From NCBI GenBank assembly GCA_037444405.1, contig JBBIML010000014.1, forward strand, positions 45,689 to 109,688: DNA of 64,000 bases. Reading direction: 5' to 3'. The notes under the pieces were generated by a model. That model ran no database searches. It was given only the letters and a program-made list of their open reading frames with translations, and had not been told where the DNA came from. Below, piece by piece: positions 39,930-50,746 of this stretch. The DNA comes from Armatimonadota bacterium. Lineage in GTDB: Bacteria > Armatimonadota > Fimbriimonadia > Fimbriimonadales > GBS-DC. The number at the start of each line of letters is the position of its first letter. The first letter of the stretch is position 1. The translations under genes were made by a program, and so were the position numbers.

Positions 39930-40817
39930 TCAGGCTCGCAAAATGAGCAAGTTGTATGACTCGGCAGTGGCGAAGTGGTGGGAGACGCTGCCGAGTGTGA
40001 GGCGTTCCAGCAGGCTGTGCCCTTTCGCGCCGAGAATGAGCAGCTGGGCGTCGGTGTCGGTCAGCACGGTGCGCAGGGCGGGGATGGTCGCGCCCTCCAC
40101 CACCAGCGATTCACAACCTGCGCCTAACGGACGCAGTTGCTCGCACAGCTCACGATTGCGCTCATGAAGCTGTTCGATAATCCATTCGTTGCCCGCCTCC
40201 TTGAGCGCGGGCGTGGTGCGGGCTAAAATCTCCATTATCTCGCTGTCCAGTTCGAAGGCGGTGGTCAGCAGCAGTTTCTGAATGCCTGTGGGCGCGAACG
40301 CCAGCAACTTTTGCAGGCAGCGGTGATTGTACTCCGAGTGGTCGGTCGCGACGACCGCCTGCAGGGGCTTCTCACTGATGGGCGGCTGATGGGCGATCAG
40401 CACGCTCTGGTGAGCGTGCGTGACGGCGGCGCGTCCCGTGCTGCCGAGCAGCCATGCTCGCCAGCCGCACCGACCCTTGCTGCCCAACGCGATCAGATCG
40501 ACGCCGTTCTCGTCGGCGACGCGCAGCAGCTCGGTGCTGGCGTGCCCGCGCCTGATCAGGCGGGTGGCAGGGATATTCACAGCGGTGAGCGTATCCTGCG
40601 CCCGTTGCAACATCTGCTGGGCTGCCTGCTCCTGCGCCTGCAGGCTTTGCAGGGCAATCCCCTCTGGCATCGGCGCCAGCACGCCCACCACCAGCGGGCT
40701 GACAGGCTCCAGCACGGTCATGAGCAACACTTCCGGCTCACGAAAGCGCAGCTGAATAATCCACTGCAGCGCGCTCTCATAAGAACCCTCAATATCTACA
40801 CCCAACAGAATCTTCAT
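39930..40817 (-). CDS. Universal stress protein (tandem USP domains)
   Basis: KILLGVD...DLIALGSKG...LLGSTG; second domain VVATDHS...LILGAKG...LGSVS. Confidence 0.92.
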   Translation of the reverse strand: MKILLGVDIEGSYESALQWIIQLRFREPEVLLMTVLEPVSPLVVGVLAPMPEGIALQSLQAQEQAAQQMLQRAQDTLTAVNIPATRLIRRGHASTELLRVADENGVDLIALGSKGRCGWRAWLLGSTGRAAVTHAHQSVLIAHQPPISEKPLQAVVATDHSEYNHRCLQKLLAFAPTGIQKLLLTTAFELDSEIMEILARTTPALKEAGNEWIIEQLHERNRELCEQLRPLGAGCESLVVEGATIPALRTVLTDTDAQLLILGAKGHSLLERLTLGSVSHHFATAESYNLLILRA

Positions 40818-40820
40818 CGT

Positions 40821-42837
40821 TTATCCCTCGTCCAGCACCTGGCGCACCCGATTGGCGAGCTGGGAGGGCGTGTAAGGCTTCGGCAGGAAGCGGACTCCCT
40901 CAGCCAGCACTCCATGGTGAGCAACCATATTTTCAGTGTACCCCGAAACATAGAGAATCTTGATTTCGGAGTGGAGTCGCTGCACCAGTTTCGCCAGCTC
41001 GCTCCCGCTCATCACAGGGAGCATCACATCGGTCAGCAGCAGGTGGATGGGGTCAGTGTACTGCTCGGCGATTTGAAGGGCTTCGGTGGGCGTGGCGGCT
41101 TCCAGCACGCGATAGCCCAGCATGCGCAGGCTTTCAGCGGCGACGGCGCGCACCTCCGCCTCATCCTCCACCAGCAGGATCGTTTCGGTGCCTGTCTGCA
41201 TCACAGGCAGTGGCAGCGTGACGATGGGCGCATGGTCAACGGCGGGCGTGCGAGGCAGATAGATTTTGAAGCTGGTGCCGCGTCCCGCCTCGCTGTAGAC
41301 CCAGATATGCCCGCCCAGCTGCTTCACGATGCTGTAGACGGTTGCCAGCCCCAGCCCGCTGCCTTGCCCGCGCGGCTTGGTGGTGAAGAACGGCTCAAAG
41401 ATGCGTCGCTGCACCTCAGGTGTCATGCCGACGCCTGTGTCCGAGACCACCAGCATCACATAGTCGCCCGGCACCACATCGTAGTGGACGCGGGCATACT
41501 CGGCGTCGAGCGACACATTTGCCAGTTCGATGGTGAGCGTGCCGCCGTTCGGCATCGCGTCGCGGGCGTTCAGCGCGAGGTTGTACAGCACCTGCGTCAG
41601 CTGGGCGGGGTCCGCCTCCACCCGCCAGAGGTCGTCGGGCAGGAAGGTGGCGATGTGGATATTGGTGGGCAGCCACCGCCGCATAATGGGTTCCGCTTCG
41701 CGAACCAGCTGGCTCAGGTTCACCGGCTGGAGTTGCATCGGCTGGCGGCGGGCGAAGGTCATCAGCTGGCGCGTGAAGTCGGTCGCTCGTTCGATGCCAC
41801 GCAGCGCGTTCTGCAGAAACTGATACGCCTGCGACTCTTCGGGCACGCTCGCCTGTGCCAGCTCCACATAGCCCAGAATGGCGGTCAGCAGGTTATTGAA
41901 GTCGTGGGCGATGCCGCCCGCCATCTGCCCGATGCTCTCCAGCTTCTGCGCCTGAATCAGCTGTTCTCGCACCTGCTGCAGCTCCTGCTCGATCCGGAGG
42001 CGTTCCAGTTCCGCGCTGGCGCGTTCCGCGAACAGGTTCAGCACTTCGAGCAGTATGGGCATGTTGGGCATTGGCTTGGTGTCCGCGAACCACACCAGTC
42101 CCATCACGCGCCCTTTCGAATCGCGCAGCGGCACGCCCATATAACTTTCGGCGCCGATTGCCTGCAGCTCCCGGTCCACAGGGAAGAGTTGCTGCACGCG
42201 CTGCGGATACAGGCATGCCTCGCGCATAACCACATTCTCGCACGGCGTGCCCGGCAGGTCATAATCGGGCGGCTCGCGGAACTCGCCCTCCGCCCAGTAG
42301 AACAGCCCGCGCACGCGCTCCTCACCCGGCACCACCTCGCCGAGATAGCCGTAGCGCAGATTGAGCATCTGGGCGGTTTGTTGCAGGAGCTGGCGCAGGT
42401 AGTCGGCGCCCGACAGCCGCGCCGTGCCCGTGAGAATATCCGTCAGCAACTGGCGCGAGAGATAAAGCGTGGTGAAGTCGCCAAACAGCAGGTGATACAG
42501 CTCATAGTCGGGCAGCTCGGTGAGCAGAGCCACCAGATAGCGCATCTCGCCAGCCGCATTGCGGGCGATAATCAACCGATAGCTGGCGCTGGCGCCCACC
42601 AGCTGCGCGAACTCCGGGGAGCATCTCCTGCCGAATATCCAGCATGAACTCGGACACCCGCATCTGGAGCAACTCGCTTTCCGAGTAGCCCAGGATTGCC
42701 TGTGCGGCGGCGTTCGCCCGGTAGACGCGCTCCCTATCAGGGAGCAGGAGCATCTGGGGCGCAGGCAGCTGCGTAAAGAGGGGCGACGCAATGAGCTGAG
42801 CGCGCCGCTGCTCCAGTTCCGCCGGCTTCCGTCTCAT
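40821..42837 (-). pseudogene. Hybrid histidine kinase (PAS-GAF-HisKA-HATPase-REC), split by a frameshift near 42616-42619
   Basis: The PAS start (ANAAAQAILGYSESELL) is in one frame; GAF (GTPCENV), AGGIAHDFNNLL, FEPFFTTK, GLGL and REC (LLLTDVMLP) are in another. May be a sequencing error. Confidence 0.8.
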
Positions 42838-42961
42838 AGCCTTGCATCCCTCCCAGCAAGCGTCTTGCTTTCCCCTGTACCTGCTTTTTATTTTTTATTC
42901 GCCTCCTATCCCAGCCATTCCTGCCGCTATGAAGCCCTTTCGGGGTATAATCGCCTCAGCG

Positions 42962-43849
42962 ATGATGAACCCGCCTTATGAAACCGTGCCAGGCACCGAC
43001 GCTCTGATTCTGAACGGCAAAGCGGTCGCCCAGCAGATTCGCGAATCGTTGCGGGAGCAGGTGGAGCAGTTGCGTCAGCGCGGGGTACAGCCCTGCCTCG
43101 CGGTGATGCTGGTGGGCGACGATCCCGCCTCGCATACCTATGTGCGCACCAAAGCCCGCGCCTGCGAATCGGTGGGTATCCGCTCGGTTGTCCGTCATTA
43201 TCCCGCCACTGTCTCGCAGTCCGAGTTAGAGGCGCAAATCGACGCCTGGAACGCTGATCCGGCGGTGCATGGCGTGCTGATTCAGCATCCCGTGCCTCCG
43301 CCGCTGGACGAAGCGGCGCTGTTGCGGCGGCTGGCGCCTCACAAAGATGTGGACGGCATCACGCCCGCCTCGCTGGGCGCATTGCTCACGGGCGAACCCG
43401 CCTTCGGCGCCTGCACCCCGCTGGGCATCATCACCCTGCTGGACGCCTATCAGATTCCGATCGAGGGCAGGCATGCGGTGGTGGTCGGGCGCAGTGTGAT
43501 TCTGGGCAAGCCGATGGCGCTGATGCTGCTCAACCGCCACGCGACGGTCACCATCTGCCATTCGCGCACGCGCGATCTCGCCTATCACACCCGTCAGGCG
43601 GACATTCTGGTGGCGGCGGTCGGTAAGCCGGAGTTCATCACGGGCGAGATGATTAAGCCCGGCGCGGTGGTCATCGACGCAGGCTACAATCGGGTGGAGG
43701 GGCGCACGGGCGATGTAGGCGATGTGCATTTTGAATCGGCGGCGCGCGTGGCGTCCGCCATCACGCCTGTGCCCGGCGGCGTCGGTCCGATGACCGTCGC
43801 GATGCTGCTGCAGAACACCCTCCGCGCCGCCCAGCGGAGCGTCCAATAG
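42962..43849 (+). CDS. folD: Bifunctional methylenetetrahydrofolate dehydrogenase/cyclohydrolase
   Basis: ILNGKAVA, VGDDPAS..YV..K, KDVDG, CTPLG, VGRSVILGKP, TPVPGGVGPMT. Confidence 0.97.
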   Translation: MMNPPYETVPGTDALILNGKAVAQQIRESLREQVEQLRQRGVQPCLAVMLVGDDPASHTYVRTKARACESVGIRSVVRHYPATVSQSELEAQIDAWNADPAVHGVLIQHPVPPPLDEAALLRRLAPHKDVDGITPASLGALLTGEPAFGACTPLGIITLLDAYQIPIEGRHAVVVGRSVILGKPMALMLLNRHATVTICHSRTRDLAYHTRQADILVAAVGKPEFITGEMIKPGAVVIDAGYNRVEGRTGDVGDVHFESAARVASAITPVPGGVGPMTVAMLLQNTLRAAQRSVQ

Positions 43850-45912
43850 CTAACAGCCCGCGCCAAACGCGAACAGAACGATCAGCAGATCGGCGTCATC
43901 AACAATGCCATCCCCGTTCACATCAGCAGGCAAATTCGCGCCCGTCTGCCCGAACGCAAACAGTACCGTCAGCAGGTCGGCATCGTCCACACAGCCGTCG
44001 CCGTTCACATCGCCCTCCTGTCGGAGGGGGCTGCGAGCGACCAGCAGAGTCGCATCCCGGCGCCCCACCACAAAGAACCGCCCATCGGGTGAGAATCGCA
44101 CCGAGTTAATGCCGTTGCCCGTTTCCTGATCGTAGAGCCTTAGCTGGGAGCCATCGCTGACCCGCCACAAACGAATCGTTCGATCCCACCAGCCACCCGA
44201 GATGAGATACTCACCATAGAAAGCAACCGAAAACACATGCCCGTTGTGCCCGTCCAGAAAGCGCACCAGCGTACCATCCGCCACGCGCCAGAGCGCGAGG
44301 GAGCCGTTCGGATACCCTGTGCTGCCCACCGCCAGCATTTGACCATCGGGCGAAAAGGCGACCGCCAGCCCACTATCGGGAAAGTCGATTCGGCGCACCA
44401 GTGTGCCATCCGCCACGCGCCAGAGACCGACATAACTGCCATCCGCCGAGGCGAGCAGGCGCCCATCGGGCGAAAAAGCGAGCGCAAAAACCCAACTCGG
44501 ACCCACGATGACGCGGACGAGGTTGCCATCAGCAACCCGCCAGAGACGAATCTGCCCCTCCACACTCCCGGAAGCCAGATACTGCCCATCGGGTGAGAAA
44601 ACCACCGCCCGGACCTGATCGGTGTGTCCGCTGAGCGTGCGGATCAGCGTACCGTCGGCAACCCGCCAGAGGTGTACCGTCATGTCCCGACCGCCTGAAG
44701 CAAGCAGGCTACCATCGGGCGAAAAGGCGACGGCAAGCACGGCGTCGGTGTGCCCCCTCAGGGTGCGAATCGGGCTGCCGTCGCTCGCGCGCCAGAGCCG
44801 AATGGTGCCGTCGTAGCTGCTTGAAGCCCCAATCTGTCCATCGGGCGAAAAAGCCACCGCGCTGATCTCGTGGGTGTAGACGGTGAGCGTGCGTTGCAGA
44901 CCGCCATCTGCCACGCGCCAGAGCCGCGCGGCGCCGTCCAGTCCGCCCGACACCACATGCTGACTATCGGGCGAGAAGGCGATGCTTGTTGCCTCATCCG
45001 TGTGCGCAGCGAGCTGGCGTACTAAGCTCCAGTCGGACACCCGCCAGAAGCTAACGGTGCCGTTCCCCAGCGCCGCCGCCAGATATTGCCCATCGGGCGA
45101 GAAGGCGAGCGCCTGCACGCTGCTGGGCACACTGATCTGCCGCACCAGGCTCCCGTTCGAAACGCGCCAGAACCGAATGGTGCTGTCCAGTCCGCCCGAC
45201 ACCACATGTTGACCATCGGGCGAGAAGGTAACCGCCAGAACCATGTCGGTGTGTCCGCTCAGCGTGCGCAACAGGTCCCAGTTAGAGGTGGAAAAGAGCT
45301 TCACGGTGTTATCGCCGCCGCCTGTCGCCAGATACTGCCTGTTGGGTGAGAAGGCGACCGAGCGCATCCCGAACGCATGCCCTGGCAGGGAGCGGATCTG
45401 GGTTCCATCCGCGACGCGCCAGATGCGGGTCGTGTTGTCGCCACCACCTGATGCCAGATACTCGTTGCTCGCGAAGGCAACCGCCTCCACCCAGTTTATA
45501 TGCCCAACAAAGGTTCGGACGAGGCTGCCATCCGCCACACGCCAGAGGTGCAGGGTGTGCCCCCTTACGAAGGGGTTCTCGAACCCCGTCACCAGAAACT
45601 GTCCATCGGGCGAAAAGGCAACCGCATAAACCGAATCGGGTTCGCAATTGTGCGGACAAGTTGCCCATCCGCCACGCGCCAGATTTTGACCGTGCCATCA
45701 AAACTGCCGGCGGACGCGATATACTGCCCATCGGGCGAGAAGGCGACGGCGCTGACCGCGATGGTATGACCGCCCACCATCCACTGGATGTCTGGACGCC
45801 CCTGCGCCACAACATCGGGCGCGACCAGCAGCCACATCCACCAGAGAGTCAGACGGAGCCACAGCGCCGAAACTCGCTCTGAACCCCAGCACCCACGCTG
45901 TCTCGCTCTCAT
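43850..45912 (-). pseudogene. Exported WD40-repeat protein with dockerin-like tail, frameshifted near 45638-45640
   Basis: About 14 repeats GH...V.AVAFSPDG..LASG..D.T.RLWRV.DG; the signal peptide and first repeat are in a different frame; tail GDVNGDGCVDDADLL...FGAGC; SD GGAGGTG. May be a sequencing error. Confidence 0.82.
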
Positions 45913-46061
45913 CGCAGCACCTCCACACCGCTTCTCTCCCGGTACTGGCGAATTTATACGCCTCATTCGCGCCCTCTCTTGCCTGCTGTTGCAACCAGTG
46001 GTGTGTGGTTGGGGGTATTCTTATAAATGGGGGGTGTACAGGAGCGGTGATTCAATCAGAG

Positions 46062-48287
46062 ATGGCGACGCTGGAGTTTGAGCTACCTGAACAGGTCGAA
46101 GCGCTGGTGGAGAAGGTGCGCGACTATCTGCCCGGCGCCGATACTTCGCGCATCGTGAACGCCTATCTGTTCGCCGAAGAGCGCCATCACGGGCAGTACC
46201 GCAAAAATGGCGAACCCTATATTATGCATCCGCTCGCCGTCGCGCATATTCTGGCTGATTTGCAGCTGGGGGTCAACACCATCACGGCAGGGTTACTGCA
46301 CGATGTGCTGGAGGACACCGCCACCACGCCCGAAGAGCTGGAACAGCAGTTCGGCGCGACCGTGCGCAAGCTGGTGGAGGGCGTCACCAAGCTGCACCAT
46401 TCGGAGCGGCAGTTCGAAATCTTCTCGGAAGCCGATCGGCGCCAGCTGAGCCTGCGCAAGACGGCAGAGAACCTGCGCCGCCTGCTGATGGCGGTCGCCG
46501 ACGACCTGCGCGTGATGATTATCAAGCTCGCTGACCGCCTGCACAACATGCAGACGCTCGACGCCCTCCCGCCCGATAAACAGCTCCAGATTGCCACCGA
46601 AACCCTGCATGTCTACTCGCCGCTGGCACATCGGCTTGGTATCTGGCAGATTAAATCACAACTGGACGACCTCGCTTTCAAATATCTCTACCCCAAGGAG
46701 TATGAGGAGCTGAGCCAGCAGGTGGCGCGCACGCGCGAGGAGCGACAGGCGGAGGTGCGCGAGCTGATCCGCACCCTCAAAGACTATCTCTGGGAGCGGG
46801 GCATCCGCGCCGAAGTGACGGGACGCCCTAAACACCTCTGGAGCATCTTCAACAAAATGAAGCAGCAGCAGATCGACTTCGACCAGATTTACGATCTGAT
46901 CGCCCTGCGCGTGCTGGTGGACACCGTTGAAGAGTGCTATCTCGCGCTGGGGATGGTGCATACGCTCTGGACGCCACTGCCCGCCCTCTTCGCCGACTAT
47001 ATCGCCGCGCCCAAGCCGAACGGCTACCGCTCCCTGCACACCAAGGTGATTGGCCCTGCCGGGCGACCGCTGGAGATTCAAATCCGCACATGGCAGATGC
47101 ACCAGATTGCCGAGTACGGCGTGGCGGCGCACTGGCGCTACAAGGAGGGCGAGGACTTGCGCTCGTCCGACCAGAAGCCCCTGCAGTTGCCCCATCTGCA
47201 GACCCAGCTGCGCGATTTGACCAACCTGCGCAGCAATCTGGAGTTCATCGCCAGCGTGCTACGCGATATTACCGCCGACGAGGTGCTGGTGCTGACGCCC
47301 AAGGGCGACCTGATCGATCTGCCAGCAGGTTCCACGCCCATCGACTTCGCCTACCGGATTCATACGGAGGTGGGTCATCGGTGCGTGGGGGCGCGGGTCA
47401 ACGGGCGGATTGTGCCGCTGGACTACCCGCTGCGCACAGGCGATATGGTGGAGATTATCACGCGCCCGAACGCGCAGCCCAGCTACGACTGGTTGAGCAT
47501 CGTGCGCACATCGAGCGCGCGCAGCAAGATTCGCGCCTATTTTCGCACGCAGCGTCGGGCGGAGTTCGCGGCGCAGGGACGCGCCCTGCTGGAGCGCGAG
47601 CTGGAGCGGCAGGGCATCGACCGCGCCCGCTTCACCGAACAGCTCCCGACCCTGCTCCAGCGCATGAACCTGCGCACTGAAGAAGACCTCTACGCCAGCA
47701 TCGGTGAGGGACTGCACAGCGTGCAGGCGGTTATCCAGCGTCTGCGGATGCAGACCGATCTCAAGCCGTCGCCGCAACCCGCCCCGACTACCGTTTCGCC
47801 CCGTCGCGAGATTCGCGCGATGCAGATTGAAGACGCCGACGGCTACATGACCCGCCGTGCCGCCTGCTGCCATCCTCTGCCCGGCGACGAACTGCTGGGC
47901 TACATCTCGCGCGGGCGCGGCATCGTTGTGCATCGCGCCACCTGCCCGAACCTGCGCGCCCTCGAAGAGAAGGAACCCGAACGCATCATGACCATCGAGT
48001 GGGTGCCCCGCGAGTCGAAAAAGGAGCTGCAAACCTACCCTGCTGGCATCTGTATTGAAGCCACTGATCGCGTGGGCGTGCTGGCGGACATCACCGCCAT
48101 CTTGAGCGGGCAGGGCATCAACATCTCCGATGTGCGCGTGCGCCGCTCCGATAAGAACACCGCCCTCATCGATATGGTGCTGGAAGTGCGCAACGCGACG
48201 GAACTGCGCACCGTCCTGCAGAAACTGCATTCCATAGAGGATATTATCGCCATCTATCGAACAGGTGGGCGCGGACGGGCAAACTGA
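46062..48287 (+). CDS. rel: Bifunctional (p)ppGpp synthetase/hydrolase Rel (HD-SYN-TGS-ZFD-ACT)
   Basis: [59 protein letters not shown]. Confidence 0.96.
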   Translation: MATLEFELPEQVEALVEKVRDYLPGADTSRIVNAYLFAEERHHGQYRKNGEPYIMHPLAVAHILADLQLGVNTITAGLLHDVLEDTATTPEELEQQFGATVRKLVEGVTKLHHSERQFEIFSEADRRQLSLRKTAENLRRLLMAVADDLRVMIIKLADRLHNMQTLDALPPDKQLQIATETLHVYSPLAHRLGIWQIKSQLDDLAFKYLYPKEYEELSQQVARTREERQAEVRELIRTLKDYLWERGIRAEVTGRPKHLWSIFNKMKQQQIDFDQIYDLIALRVLVDTVEECYLALGMVHTLWTPLPALFADYIAAPKPNGYRSLHTKVIGPAGRPLEIQIRTWQMHQIAEYGVAAHWRYKEGEDLRSSDQKPLQLPHLQTQLRDLTNLRSNLEFIASVLRDITADEVLVLTPKGDLIDLPAGSTPIDFAYRIHTEVGHRCVGARVNGRIVPLDYPLRTGDMVEIITRPNAQPSYDWLSIVRTSSARSKIRAYFRTQRRAEFAAQGRALLERELERQGIDRARFTEQLPTLLQRMNLRTEEDLYASIGEGLHSVQAVIQRLRMQTDLKPSPQPAPTTVSPRREIRAMQIEDADGYMTRRAACCHPLPGDELLGYISRGRGIVVHRATCPNLRALEEKEPERIMTIEWVPRESKKELQTYPAGICIEATDRVGVLADITAILSGQGINISDVRVRRSDKNTALIDMVLEVRNATELRTVLQKLHSIEDIIAIYRTGGRGRAN

Positions 48288-48288
48288 G

Positions 48289-48735
48289 ATGCGGGCAGTG
48301 ATTCAACGGGTCGGCTGGGCAGAGGTTTGGGTCAACGAGCAACCGATAGCCCGTATCGGGCAGGGCATTCTGGTGCTGCTGGGCGTCCACAAGGACGACA
48401 CCGAAGCCGATGTGAACTGGCTCGCGCCCAAAGTCGCCCACCTGCGTGTTTTTGAAGATGAGGCGGGCAAGCTCAATCGCTCCCTGCTGGAGGTGAACGG
48501 CGCCGCGCTGGTGGTGTCGAACTTCACCCTGTATGGCGACTGCCGCAAGGGGCGCCGACCCAGCTTCACCGAATCGGCGCCCTTCGAGCAGGGACGCGCC
48601 CTCTACGCAGCCTTCTGCCAGCGCCTGGCTGCCGAGGGCATCCCCGTGCAGACAGGCGCCTACGGCGAAACGATGCAGGTACGCCTCCAGAACGACGGTC
48701 CCGTCACGCTGATTATCGACAGCAGAGAGAATTGA
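48289..48735 (+). CDS. dtd: D-aminoacyl-tRNA deacylase
   Basis: [30 protein letters not shown]; rel-dtd synteny. Confidence 0.96.
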   Translation: MRAVIQRVGWAEVWVNEQPIARIGQGILVLLGVHKDDTEADVNWLAPKVAHLRVFEDEAGKLNRSLLEVNGAALVVSNFTLYGDCRKGRRPSFTESAPFEQGRALYAAFCQRLAAEGIPVQTGAYGETMQVRLQNDGPVTLIIDSREN

Positions 48736-48739
48736 TGGG

Positions 48740-48895
48740 TCAAAGGAGTTTATACAGCTGGAGGAAAATACTTTTGCCTGTTGCCTGTGGTCCCACGAAC
48801 ACGGTGAGGTCGCCGAAGGTGATGTCGGCGTCCCTGATTGGTCCGAACTGCAGCACCTTCAGCCGCGGCGGGTCAGTGTCTTTTTGCGAGCACAT
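48740..48895 (-). pseudogene. N-terminal stub (51 aa) of an ABC/AAA_15-AAA_21-type ATPase
   Basis: RLKVLQFGPIRDADITFGDLTVFVGPQATGKSIFLQLYKLL*; the Walker A motif is followed almost immediately by a stop. Confidence 0.75.
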
Positions 48896-48946
48896 ACGGT
48901 TGAAGTATACCTGACAGGTATAATCTTTGAGCAGGGAGGCGCACGG

Positions 48947-50746
48947 ATGGCACTGACTGGCAATGTGCTGGCAACCCGTTATGAGCTGATTGAGCGACTG
49001 TCGGAGGGGTTGCTGTTCGATGTGTACCGCGCCCGCGATCTGGTTCAGGGGCGGGTGGTCACGGTCAAGCTGGTGCGCTCGCCCTACTTTCAGAACCCGC
49101 GCGTGCGCGAGCGTCTTCAGCAGGTGATTGATGCCCGCCAGCGCGTGCGACATCCCAACCTGATCACTCTTTACAGCCTTGAGGACGAGAACGGTCAGCC
49201 GTTTCTGGTGGAGGAGTTCGTGCGGGGGCTGGACCTGGCGACGCGCATCCGTCGAACCGCGCCCTTCACCGTGCCGATTGCTGTGGAGATTATGATTGGC
49301 GTCGTGGAGGGGCTGAACGCGCTCCATCAGGCAGGGCTGATTCACGGCGATCTGCGTCCTGCGAATGTGCTGGTCGGCTCCGAGTGGCATGTATGGCTGA
49401 ACGGTGCGGAGATGCGCGCTGTGTATCAGGCGGACCCGACGCTGGCAGCCGCCCATGAATCGCGCGCCGTCGCCTATAGCGCGCCCGAACTGCTGTGTGG
49501 TGAGGTGCCAGGCGTCGCCAGCGATATTTACGCCTGCGGCGTGATGCTCTTTGAGATGCTCGCTGGTGTACCGCCTTTCACGGGTGAGACGCCGCTGCTG
49601 ATTGCCGAAGCGCACCTGAACAAGCCAGTGCCCTCGCTGCGGGCACGCAACCCGGCTGTGCCCCGCGCGGTGGAGGGCATCGTGACCCGGTGCCTGCAGA
49701 AGAATCCCGAAAATCGCTATCCGAACGCGCTGGCGCTGCTGAACGATTTGAAGGCGGTGCGCGACGCGCTGCGTTTCGGGCGACCGCTGGGCTGGTCGCC
49801 GATGGAGATGCCAGCTCCGGCACCTGCGGCAACCGCCGCTGGCGGTTCCGCCATCAGCTTCGCCGCGAGACCCGCTCCGCCCGTAAGTGAGACCGAAGAA
49901 GAGGAGGCAGACATTCCTAACTGGTTGAGAACCCTGCTTCTGGTGATGACGACGCTGGTGGTGCTGGGGCTGATTGTGTTTGGCGCGGCGATGCTGGCGC
50001 TACGGGTTGCGCCCGAAGACCGCCCCGTGCCCCCGGTGGTGGGCAAAACGCTACAGGAGGCGAACCAGATACTCCGTGAAGCGGGCTTTGAACCCGAAGT
50101 GAAGCAGGAGGGCTACAGCGAGCAGTACCCGCCTGGGGTGATCTATTCCGTCTCGCCGCCCGAGGGACGGCTCATTAGTCGGGGCAGTAAGGTGTACCTG
50201 TGGGTGAGCAAGGGTTCACGCTTCACGACGGTGCCCGATGTGCGCAACCTGCCCGAATCGCGGGCGCGCGCCGAGCTGGAGAGAGCAGGGCTGGCGGTGA
50301 TGGACGCTACCGAAGAACGCACCAGCGCCCAGATACCCTTCGGCTTCGTGATTGGCACCATCCCACCCGCAGGCTCGCGCATCGACCGCTCCCAGCCCGT
50401 CAAGCTCATCGTGAGCATCGGACAGGACGGCACGCCACCGTCAGAAACCGTGCCTCCACCATCCGAACCCGGTGAGAACCTGGCGACAGAACCACCCGCT
50501 CCTGAAACCCAGCAAAACGCCCAGGCGCCGCCCGGAACCCGCGAGTTCATCGTTAAAGTCGACCTCCGGGACCAGCCTGCCCGCACCATCCGAATCGAGG
50601 TGGAGGACGCTGACGGGCAACGCACCGTGATCAACGAGCGCAAGGCAGGCGGTAATCTCTACGAGTTCACCGTGCAGGCGCGCGGCGAACGCGTGCGCAT
50701 CCGAATCTTCGTCGACAATCAACTGGTGCAGGAGATCAACCGATGA
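48947..50746 (+). CDS. PknB/PrkC-like membrane Ser/Thr kinase-fold protein with 2 PASTA domains, probably a pseudokinase
   Basis: HPN, HGDLRPAN, YSAPE, SDIYACG, RY motifs; TM helix; PASTA repeats VPPVVGKT and VPDVRNL; no DFG. Confidence 0.88.
   Translation: MALTGNVLATRYELIERLSEGLLFDVYRARDLVQGRVVTVKLVRSPYFQNPRVRERLQQVIDARQRVRHPNLITLYSLEDENGQPFLVEEFVRGLDLATRIRRTAPFTVPIAVEIMIGVVEGLNALHQAGLIHGDLRPANVLVGSEWHVWLNGAEMRAVYQADPTLAAAHESRAVAYSAPELLCGEVPGVASDIYACGVMLFEMLAGVPPFTGETPLLIAEAHLNKPVPSLRARNPAVPRAVEGIVTRCLQKNPENRYPNALALLNDLKAVRDALRFGRPLGWSPMEMPAPAPAATAAGGSAISFAARPAPPVSETEEEEADIPNWLRTLLLVMTTLVVLGLIVFGAAMLALRVAPEDRPVPPVVGKTLQEANQILREAGFEPEVKQEGYSEQYPPGVIYSVSPPEGRLISRGSKVYLWVSKGSRFTTVPDVRNLPESRARAELERAGLAVMDATEERTSAQIPFGFVIGTIPPAGSRIDRSQPVKLIVSIGQDGTPPSETVPPPSEPGENLATEPPAPETQQNAQAPPGTREFIVKVDLRDQPARTIRIEVEDADGQRTVINERKAGGNLYEFTVQARGERVRIRIFVDNQLVQEINR

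Noticed and set aside
43850..45800. Periodic DNA repeats (ccatcgggcgaaaa...) resembling an array
   Set aside because: They are the coding repeats of WD40 units, not CRISPR repeats; no cas genes are present.
48740..49615. 291-aa minus-strand ORF
   Set aside because: Mostly antisense to the kinase; only the last 51 codons look protein-like and are reported as the ATPase stub.
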